A DNA stretch of 48,012 nucleotides from a virus (taxonomy: Duplodnaviria > Caudoviricetes). The stretch spans positions 1-48,012 of the IMG/VR virus record IMGVR_UViG_3300037761_000105; one strand, 5' to 3'. Position 1 is the first letter of the stretch. Each line of letters begins with the position of its first letter. Both the position numbers and the translations under genes were made by a program. Below are positions 1-7,040 of the stretch, in pieces. The notes below the pieces were generated by a model, which worked only from the letters and a program-made list of their open reading frames with translations, ran no database searches and was not told the origin of the DNA.

Positions 1-127
1 TCAGCTTGTCCTCGGCCCGCTTGACCGCCGCCTCGTCGCCCTTGGCGGTGATCTGCGTCAACTGGTGCAGCCGCTCGGCTTCGTCCAATGCAGATTTGGC
101 GCGCTCGCCGGCTTCACCCAGCGGGAA
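1..127. repeat. Terminal direct repeat identical to 47886-48012 (circular assembly overlap)
   Basis: Exact 127-nt identity of both ends; a reading frame (tail chaperone) continues through the junction. Confidence 0.95.
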
Positions 128-184
128 TGTCAAGGAGGTCGAGTGAGCGCGCTTCTTGGCGAGCTGCTCGCGGAGGCTGGTCAT
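1..184 (-). CDS. Tail assembly chaperone, N-terminal part (continues across the circular junction into 47542-48012)
   Basis: ATG at 184 with AGGAG RBS; MTSLREQLAKKRAHSTSLTFPLGEAGERAKSALDEAERL joins in frame with the 47542 ORF. Confidence 0.85.
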   Translation of the reverse strand, partial: MTSLREQLAKKRAHSTSLTFPLGEAGERAKSALDEAERLHQLTQITAKGDEAAVKRAEDKL

Positions 185-260
185 CGTCTGCTCCTGCGGA
201 TGTGTGCGGATGGTTAAGCTCCGGTCGGCCGCACCATCCGCGGGGGACGGCCGACCGGAG
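185..260 (-). promoter_or_regulatory. 13-bp hairpin / putative H-type pseudoknot upstream of the tail chaperone RBS
   Basis: Stem 219-231 with 248-260; loop GCGGAUGGU is complementary to 206-214 (9 bp) and 196-202 (7 bp, next to the SD). Confidence 0.6.
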
Positions 261-281
261 GAACGAGGGGCCGAATGGCCC

Positions 282-310
282 TTGCCAACTGGTGCGAATG
301 GACGGATAGT
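282..310 (+). promoter_or_regulatory. Putative sigmaA-type promoter for the antisense small ORF
   Basis: TTGCCA-N17-GATAGT, followed by an A/G-rich leader. Confidence 0.35.
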
Positions 311-332
311 GAAAAGTGGAAAAGGGGGACCG

Positions 333-419
333 ATGATTTTCGACATCCTGATCGGCATGCTGCTGATCGTCTGCCTAGACGCCACGCGCCAGTGGTTGCG
401 CAGCGAAGCCGTGTTCTAG
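333..419 (+). CDS. 28-aa hydrophobic peptide (possible moron)
   Basis: MIFDILIGMLLIVCLDATRQWLRSEAVF; AAGGGGG RBS; stop interlocks with the convergent gene in CTAG at 416-419. Confidence 0.4.
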   Translation: MIFDILIGMLLIVCLDATRQWLRSEAVF

Positions 420-832
420 AGCCGCGCGAATACTCGCTCGATCGCCGACTGCACCGCTGAGACAACCTGTCGCTCCCTGGCCCGTACAGCGCGCATGAAG
501 AACGGCCTGGTCGGCTGATCCACCCACGCCGGTCCGCCGAACACCGGGTGACGGTTGAACGCGCCCCGATTGCCGAACTCCAACGGCCTCGCATGCGGCG
601 CCCGCCCGGCATCGACACGAATCGACACACCAGCACTGCGTGCGCCGAATCCGACCCGCAGCTTCGTAGCCGCTGGGATGCGGGACGACCACGAAGCGTT
701 CGACCGGATGTCCCGGACCAGCGAGTCGCCGGACTTGCGGATCTCCCGTCGCAACGCTGGCCGCAGCTCCTGCGGCACGTGCTGCAACTGGTCGGCAAAC
801 GCCTTGATCTCGGCGCCGTCGATGCGGATCAA
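416..832 (-). CDS. HK97 gp10-like neck/tail completion protein
   Basis: Basic 138-aa protein with ARPLEFG and RPFF motifs; lies between tail tube and chaperone genes. Confidence 0.7.
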   Translation of the reverse strand: MIRIDGAEIKAFADQLQHVPQELRPALRREIRKSGDSLVRDIRSNASWSSRIPAATKLRVGFGARSAGVSIRVDAGRAPHARPLEFGNRGAFNRHPVFGGPAWVDQPTRPFFMRAVRARERQVVSAVQSAIERVFARL

Positions 833-1234
833 CTAGCCGACCTTCGCGAATGGTGTGGCCGCATTCCAGGAGCAAGATCCCTGAACCGGGCCGTCCACAC
901 TCTGCGAGAGGGAGAAGTCGAGGAACGCGGTACCGAACCAGTACTGGCTCGGGCTGCTCACCCGGTCCGGGTAGAAGTAGACCTTCCGTGCCACGCCGTC
1001 AACGGCGGCCGTGTAGGTCTGCACGGTCGCGTCGTCGTACCAGAAGTCGAACGATCCACTCGAGTCCGGTAGTCCGGCGACGTACACCTTGGCGGTATCG
1101 CCGAACGCGGTGACGTCGGTCTTGTCCGTTGCGGCGTTCAGCGAGTTCGACCTGACGAATGCGATGGGCTCCGCCGTGCCGCCGCTTGTCAGGTTCGCGT
1201 AGACCGCACCATTTCTTCCGTGCCGCCTGGCCAT
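833..1234 (-). CDS. Major tail (tube) protein
   Basis: DVTAFGD..YVAGLPD.SGSF tail-tube motif; AGGAG RBS; synteny. Confidence 0.75.
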   Translation of the reverse strand: MARRHGRNGAVYANLTSGGTAEPIAFVRSNSLNAATDKTDVTAFGDTAKVYVAGLPDSSGSFDFWYDDATVQTYTAAVDGVARKVYFYPDRVSSPSQYWFGTAFLDFSLSQSVDGPVQGSCSWNAATPFAKVG

Positions 1235-1243
1235 GTGATTCTC

Positions 1244-2284
1244 CTAAATAGTGACGGGCTGACGGTCGAACAACCGCAGCAGTTTCTTGGCGTGTGCAGT
1301 GAATGTCCGGTCGACGATCGCCTCGCGGGCTTGCCGTGCCGCTTCTTCCCGAGGACCGTCATGGTGAAGCCACCAGTGCAGCTTCTCCGACGCGTCCTCG
1401 GCGCCGACGAACGTCGGCAGCATGGGGAATACCTCATCGCCCTCGGGTCGCGGATCGCGGAGGAAGAACAACCCCGTGGCGGCCATCTCGATCTCGCGCG
1501 GTCCCATCGAAACGCCCCAGATGAGGTGGTCGGCGTCGGCCTCGCGGCGATACAGGTTCAGCCCGATCTTGCTGGAGCGGTACAGGTCGGCGGCCTCGGC
1601 GTTGTCCATACACCAGTCGATCTGGTGGATGACGTACTGCCGGATCGGCGAGTCCTCGGCAAGCTGCATCCAGTTCCCGCCGAGCTTGACGGTGATGTCG
1701 TCGAAGTTCATCGCCTCGAAGAACTCAGCTCGTGACGGGAAGCCGGTGCCGACGAACGAGAAGTCGCACAGCAGGTCCGGGTCGGCCGGCCCGGGGTAGT
1801 GCACTTTCGGGCGGTAAGCGTGAGGTGCCCAGATGGTCGGGGCGACCGCCTCGAACCGTTCGATGTTCGTCGGGTCGTTGAGCAGGTTCAGGTCAGCGTG
1901 GGCGGCGATACCGAGCTGCCGTTCGTCTTCGTAGGGCGACTCGGTGTGCAGCAGGACGATGCGGGTGCCGTAGTTGCGAGCCTGGTCGAGTAGCCGCGGG
2001 TCGGTGAAGAACGCCGACACGGCCAGCATCACGTCAGGCCGGGTCTTGTACAGCGTGGCGGCAAGCCGGTCGGCCGCGAACTGCTTGACTTGGTCCGCAT
2101 CCAGCGCCCTCTGGAGCCCGGCCCCATCGCCCTTGTCGATGTGAACGCCGTCGTAGAAGCTGAGCACATCTCCGAGCGGGTATTCGACGACGGTCTCGCC
2201 CAGCTCGCGCAGCGCCTCGACCCACCCGTTGTGTACATCCGCTACCGAAAAGGCCGGCCCGGGGTGGACGATCAGCCAGCGCAT
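1244..2284 (-). CDS. Glycosyltransferase, CgeB/Glyco_trans_1_2-like (GT-B)
   Basis: HTESPYED, DFSFVGT..SR, YRSSKIGLN, PREIEMAATG motifs. Confidence 0.75.
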   Translation of the reverse strand: MRWLIVHPGPAFSVADVHNGWVEALRELGETVVEYPLGDVLSFYDGVHIDKGDGAGLQRALDADQVKQFAADRLAATLYKTRPDVMLAVSAFFTDPRLLDQARNYGTRIVLLHTESPYEDERQLGIAAHADLNLLNDPTNIERFEAVAPTIWAPHAYRPKVHYPGPADPDLLCDFSFVGTGFPSRAEFFEAMNFDDITVKLGGNWMQLAEDSPIRQYVIHQIDWCMDNAEAADLYRSSKIGLNLYRREADADHLIWGVSMGPREIEMAATGLFFLRDPRPEGDEVFPMLPTFVGAEDASEKLHWWLHHDGPREEAARQAREAIVDRTFTAHAKKLLRLFDRQPVTI

Positions 2285-2682
2285 CAGCCCACCTCGACCA
2301 CAATGTCGGCGGCTAGGTATTCGACGCCGACGAACACTGTGATCCGCTCGTCTTCGACCTGGGTGGCGTGCGCGTAGTCGACGATCCCGCCCAGTGTCGG
2401 ATCGGCGTCGATGGCGGCCTTGATGGACTTCGCACCCTCAGACGCCAGGTACTCGTCGAGAGTCTCCTGGGCGGTCACCTGGTCGGCCCACGACACGAGC
2501 ACTGTGACGGCGAACGTGGTGTCGTCCTCGCCGTCCATGGACACGCCGAACGTGGTCTGGCGGCGTTTTACGTACGCGTGCGGCGGGTTGACGACCGCCG
2601 GTACGTTCGGCGCGTGCCGCAGGCCGGCGATGGTAGCGAGCCGGTCATCGATGCCTTCGCGGATCTCCTGCACCGAGGCCAT
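2284..2682 (-). CDS. Tail terminator / head-tail joining protein
   Basis: IREGIDDRLATIAGLR N-terminus and D.TLGG motif typical of actinophage tail completion proteins; synteny. Confidence 0.6.
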   Translation of the reverse strand: MASVQEIREGIDDRLATIAGLRHAPNVPAVVNPPHAYVKRRQTTFGVSMDGEDDTTFAVTVLVSWADQVTAQETLDEYLASEGAKSIKAAIDADPTLGGIVDYAHATQVEDERITVFVGVEYLAADIVVEVG

Positions 2683-3315
2683 CTACGCCACCAACACGGG
2701 GTAGCGCTGGTATGGCATCAGCATCCTGGCGACCTTCGGGTTCTCCCTGATCCGCACAGCGCCGAACTCGCTCCACCCGGCGATCCCGAACGGGGCTTCC
2801 TTGAGCTTGAACAGCTCGGCGGCCAGCATCAGGCAGGCTTCCTTGACCGCTGACGGCGCCTCGGTGGGCCAGCCGAACGTGCCGACGATCTGTACCCGGT
2901 TCATCCGCTGCAGCGTGTAGCCGTACGGCACCGGGAACGTCTGAGTACCCACTGCGCGGACTTCGGTATAGGGCCGCGCCTCGGGTCCGACTGCGGCGTT
3001 CACCGGCCACAGTTGGTAGTCCGTTGCAGCCCAGGTCGTCTCGAACGTCCCGTCGCCAGCGGCATCGGTCTTAAGGCTGGTGACGGTAACGATGTCGCCG
3101 ACCCACACGTCAGTCTCCGCCGGGATGAGGCAGTACGGATTTGTGGCGACGAACGTGGCCGTGGTGGAACCGGTGACGTAGAACACCCGCTGGCAGTGCT
3201 GGTCGATGGCCCGCGATGCCGAGTCCAGCGCCGAGTCCACCAGGGTGTCCTCCAGGTTGTCGTCGATGACAAATCGGGCCTTGATCTCCTCGGCGGTGGC
3301 GTACAGGTTCGGCAT
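2683..3315 (-). CDS. Head-to-tail adaptor
   Basis: YAT.EE, ASRAIDQHCQRVF, GWP...P.AVKEACL motifs. Confidence 0.75.
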   Translation of the reverse strand: MPNLYATAEEIKARFVIDDNLEDTLVDSALDSASRAIDQHCQRVFYVTGSTTATFVATNPYCLIPAETDVWVGDIVTVTSLKTDAAGDGTFETTWAATDYQLWPVNAAVGPEARPYTEVRAVGTQTFPVPYGYTLQRMNRVQIVGTFGWPTEAPSAVKEACLMLAAELFKLKEAPFGIAGWSEFGAVRIRENPKVARMLMPYQRYPVLVA

Positions 3316-3861
3316 CTACGTCCACCTTTCGTCTGCGAACATGGCCGGCCAGAGCCGCTCCGCGGCCCATGGCTCGAGCCCGCCGCGCATCATCAGGTCG
3401 TCGAATACACGGCGGTAGAACTGTTGCGGGTGCCGCAGCAGCGTGGTCCCGTCGATGCGGAACTGGCCGCCGGGCCAGAACTCCACCTCGGCACCCATCG
3501 GCACGCCGAGCCAGCGTTCGTGACAGTCGGCCACCGGCACACCTTGATGGTGCGGCGATCCGTCGCCGGTGGACACGAACGCCGTGCTCGACGACAGCGG
3601 GCGGAACCCGGCGCCGGGGACTGTGAGCTGATCCCACAGATCGACGACGTGGCCGAACGGGTTGCCCTGCACGAAGCCGTAGACCGCATCGGGGTGGATC
3701 TTCTCGTAGTGGGTATCGATCCACCATAGGAAGCTGGTCGGTTCGCGGCCATGGTTCGGTAGGTCGATGTCCTTGTGCACCACGGCGGCGGTCCAGCCGT
3801 CGGGTAGCCCGTCCAGCCAGCCGATGTCCTCCTGCCAGCGGGCGACGATGAGGATGTTCAC
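3316..3861 (-). CDS. DUF3431-like protein (putative GT-A-related)
   Basis: IVARWQEDIGW, LPNHGRE..SFL, FVQGNPFGH, F.PGGQF motifs; GTGA overlap with the upstream gene. Confidence 0.65.
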   Translation of the reverse strand: MNILIVARWQEDIGWLDGLPDGWTAAVVHKDIDLPNHGREPTSFLWWIDTHYEKIHPDAVYGFVQGNPFGHVVDLWDQLTVPGAGFRPLSSSTAFVSTGDGSPHHQGVPVADCHERWLGVPMGAEVEFWPGGQFRIDGTTLLRHPQQFYRRVFDDLMMRGGLEPWAAERLWPAMFADERWT

Positions 3862-4466
3862 TCGACGGCGAGCCACGTCCGGTCGGCAGTCTCGCCGCCC
3901 CATGACTTGCCGGGAATCGGGGTGATCGACACCCAACCGGTCGCGCGCAGCGCATCGTCAAGCGATTCGGCGGTGAACCACCACGACTGGGCATTATCGA
4001 GCGACGACCACGGGTGATCAATGTTCTCGCTGTACCAGTTGCCACGGTACTTATGACCGTCGACGACGACGCCGGCATGGTCGGCGCCGATATGGGTGTC
4101 GATGACCGCGAACCGCTCGGTCATCTCGCGCATCGCCGCCAGCAGTCCGATCGCGTCCTCGGGGCCGAGGTGGTACAGGATGCCCAGGCACAGCACCACG
4201 TCGACCGTGCCGTGCGTCTCGATCGACACGTCCCGGACGTCGGCGAGCTCGAACCGGGCCGTCGAGGCGGGCACGTGGGCCAGGTTCTCCTGTCGGCCTT
4301 CGATGCCGAGCACGTCCGCACCCGCGTCGGCGAGCGCGGTGGAGAATGCGCCGGTGCGGCACCCCAGATCAAGCACCCTTAGCCCCTCTAGGGCGGTGCG
4401 CTCACTGACGATGGTCAGCATGTGCCGGACCCGGTCCTGTTCGCCCGGGCCGATGAGGTGGTTCAC
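3858..4466 (-). CDS. Class I SAM-dependent methyltransferase
   Basis: VLDLGCRTG motif I, GIEGR acidic residue, DVVLCLGILYHL; GTGA overlap. Confidence 0.85.
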   Translation of the reverse strand: MNHLIGPGEQDRVRHMLTIVSERTALEGLRVLDLGCRTGAFSTALADAGADVLGIEGRQENLAHVPASTARFELADVRDVSIETHGTVDVVLCLGILYHLGPEDAIGLLAAMREMTERFAVIDTHIGADHAGVVVDGHKYRGNWYSENIDHPWSSLDNAQSWWFTAESLDDALRATGWVSITPIPGKSWGGETADRTWLAVE

Positions 4467-5425
4467 TCGAACAGCCCCAGCCAGATCGACGCGGCCTTCT
4501 TGAACTTCCCCAGCCACCCCTCTGGCTCGCCCGTCATCGCGTCAGGAAGCCCGTTCACGAGTTGGGCGTAACATCCGGCCACTGTGGTCTCAGTGAGCTC
4601 CACGGCGCTCACAGCGCGCCAGAAGTGCTCGTTCATCTCCATGCCCGGCGCCTGCTTGCGAAGGTTCGCGTACACGTCGGACTGCCGACGGTGCTCCACG
4701 CTCGGGTAACCGGACACGGCCGCCATGCCCAGATGGTCCAGGATCCGCTTGATGAGCACGCCTGCCCAGATGTCGTCGTACTGGTCGAACCCGTAGTCCG
4801 GGCCGAACAGTCCGAAGTACATGGCCGGGGTGAGTTCGGCCCGCCACGCCAGGTTCATCCCGCACATCGGGAAGAACGACCAGCGGGGCACCGTCTGAAT
4901 GCCTTGTGCGGGCCGCAGACGCAGCGCCGGGTGGTGAAGCTGGGTCGGGGCGTCCAAGTCCGGCACGCCGGACCACAGGCCATGGGAGAGCATGGCCTCA
5001 GATTGATAGCGGATGCCGTAGGGGTAGCCGCGGAACATCGGCCCGTGCGGCGCCGAGTTCACCCAATCCAAGGTCGCCAAACCGGTCAGATTCGACGTGT
5101 GGCCGCCGATCAGGTCGCTGCCGTCCGGGTAGCAGTCGGTGTCGAGGGTGATAATGATGTCCGGGTTGCGCTTGTAGGCCAGCCAGTAGCCGTAGGAACG
5201 GCAAGCGCTGGTGCGGGTCGGGATGATCCAGTCGTCGCCGCCGAGATCAGCCTCGATGTCTGCGTGATCGACGATCGTGACGTCGCTGTAACCGTACGGT
5301 GACCTCGGCTTATCTCCGACGTCCTGCACGACGATGATCGGCACGTCCCGCAGCTGTTCGCGCCACTCGTGCAGGAAATCCAGATGCGGCAGGTGGTTCG
5401 GAACGACAACGACCGCGTCACTCAC
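4463..5425 (-). CDS. Reversibly glycosylated polypeptide (RGP) / UDP-arabinopyranose mutase-like protein (GT75)
   Basis: Collinear match to plant RGP motifs: LDFL.EWR, IIVVQD, SACR.YGY, DxD (LDTDC), RGYP..IR, SHGLW..VPD.DAPTQL, FPMCGMNLA, PAMYFGL, YDD.WAG, DHLG. Confidence 0.85.
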   Translation of the reverse strand: MSDAVVVVPNHLPHLDFLHEWREQLRDVPIIVVQDVGDKPRSPYGYSDVTIVDHADIEADLGGDDWIIPTRTSACRSYGYWLAYKRNPDIIITLDTDCYPDGSDLIGGHTSNLTGLATLDWVNSAPHGPMFRGYPYGIRYQSEAMLSHGLWSGVPDLDAPTQLHHPALRLRPAQGIQTVPRWSFFPMCGMNLAWRAELTPAMYFGLFGPDYGFDQYDDIWAGVLIKRILDHLGMAAVSGYPSVEHRRQSDVYANLRKQAPGMEMNEHFWRAVSAVELTETTVAGCYAQLVNGLPDAMTGEPEGWLGKFKKAASIWLGLFE

Positions 5426-6426
5426 TTCAGCCACTCCGGGTGGTCGATCATCCAGCGCACCGTGCGCTCCAGCGACTCGTCCAGCCCGACCGGCGGCTTC
5501 CACCCGGCAGCGTGGATCTTCGACGGATCCAGCGCGTACCGGTGGTCGTGCCCTGGCCGGCTGCCGTGATAGTCCACGAACTCGTACCGCAGCTCACGCC
5601 CAGCGGCCTTGGCGATCCGCTGCGCCAGCTCCAGCACATCCAGCTCCTCGCCAGCCACATGCCAGCGGTCCGGCCGGTCGGCGTCCGGGTAGGCGGCCGG
5701 GATGGTGTCGGTGAGCATCCAGCGCAGCGCGTCGGCGTAGTTACGGGCGTGCAGCCAGTGCCGCGACGACGGCTCCCAACCGTCAGCCGTAGGGCGCGCG
5801 TGGATCGGCACTGTTGCGCCGTCCAGAACCGCCCGCACAACCTTCGGAAATAGCTTCTCGATGTCCTGCCGCTCACCGATCATGTTCATGAAGTTGGTCA
5901 GCACCACCGGCACCCCGAACGTGCGCCAGTACGAGATGGACAGCGCCTCTTGCGCCGCCTTCGACGCCGAATAGGGGTTCGACGGGATCACCGGATCCCA
6001 CTCCACATGCCGCTGGCCCTCCGCGGCCGGGCCGTACACCTCGTCGGTGGACACCTGCACGAAGTGCGACAACCCGAACCGGGTCCGCGCCCACTCGAGC
6101 ATGTTCAGCGTCACGTCCACGTTGTTGCGGACGAACGGCGCGGGGTCGGTGATCGAGCGGTCCACGTGCGACTCTGCGGCCAGGTGCAGCACCGCCGACA
6201 CGTCGCCGATCCGATCGTTCAGATGCGGATGGATCGGCGCCCGCAGGTCGTGCCAGATCAGCTCCACCCGATCCGGGTCGTAGCCCTTCATCGACGTGAC
6301 CCGGTCGGTCCTGCCCGCGTAGGTCAGCGAGTCAAGCACCACCAGATCCCAGTCGGTGACCTGGAGCAGATGCTCGACCAGGTGATGGCCGACGAACCCG
6401 CAACCGCCGGTGACGAGAACTCTCAT
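5422..6426 (-). CDS. rmlB: NDP-glucose 4,6-dehydratase (RmlB-like SDR)
   Basis: VTGGCGFVG, DSLTYAG, HLAAESHVDRSI, STDEVYG, YSASK, RPGHDHRY; ATGA overlap. Confidence 0.85.
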   Translation of the reverse strand: MRVLVTGGCGFVGHHLVEHLLQVTDWDLVVLDSLTYAGRTDRVTSMKGYDPDRVELIWHDLRAPIHPHLNDRIGDVSAVLHLAAESHVDRSITDPAPFVRNNVDVTLNMLEWARTRFGLSHFVQVSTDEVYGPAAEGQRHVEWDPVIPSNPYSASKAAQEALSISYWRTFGVPVVLTNFMNMIGERQDIEKLFPKVVRAVLDGATVPIHARPTADGWEPSSRHWLHARNYADALRWMLTDTIPAAYPDADRPDRWHVAGEELDVLELAQRIAKAAGRELRYEFVDYHGSRPGHDHRYALDPSKIHAAGWKPPVGLDESLERTVRWMIDHPEWLK

Positions 6427-7040
6427 GCTGCGATCCCCCACTTTCTGCGGAAGCGGCGCAGCGCCGCATCCCAGCCGTTCAATTCCGACATGTCCGACGA
6501 GTTGGTCGTGTTGTGCCGCACCATCGACCCGCCACCGGTCAGGCAGAAGTTCGGCATGCCTTGGCGAAGCATCCGCTCGCACGCGTCGTAGTCATATAGA
6601 TGGAACCCGCCGTATAACTCGTCCCATTCGATGTCCTGGACGGTGGCGAGCAGCAGCCCGTCCACGTAGGAGCACGGGCCACCGCGGCCGAAGTCAAGCA
6701 GCCCGACACGTACATCGATCACGGCTCCACATCCCAGGCGGGCGTTCCACCACGGCACGGCACGGTCGAGACTGCCGATCAGCCCCACCATGCCTACCGC
6801 GGCGGTGCAACGCGTCAGTAGTTGGTTGCGCAGCGCCGGCATGTCGAGGATCTGCACGTCCGAGTGGACGAAGCAGCGGATGCGGTTCTTCGCCTGCGCC
6901 GTCCCGTCGTTGTAGGCGACAGCAATCGACGGCGGGTTCTCCATGACGATCAGCTCATCGTCACCGGTGAGATGTAGCGAGGCGAGCAGGTTCTCCTCGA
7001 GGACCTTCCGGTCGTTCGTCGCGATGATGTAGGAGATCAC
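6423..7040 (-). CDS. Glycosyltransferase family 2-like (Glyco_tranf_2_5/StrF-like)
   Basis: ISYIIATN, SIAVAYNDG, FVHSDV, VDGLLL, GFHLYDYD.C motifs. Confidence 0.7.
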   Translation of the reverse strand: MISYIIATNDRKVLEENLLASLHLTGDDELIVMENPPSIAVAYNDGTAQAKNRIRCFVHSDVQILDMPALRNQLLTRCTAAVGMVGLIGSLDRAVPWWNARLGCGAVIDVRVGLLDFGRGGPCSYVDGLLLATVQDIEWDELYGGFHLYDYDACERMLRQGMPNFCLTGGGSMVRHNTTNSSDMSELNGWDAALRRFRRKWGIAA

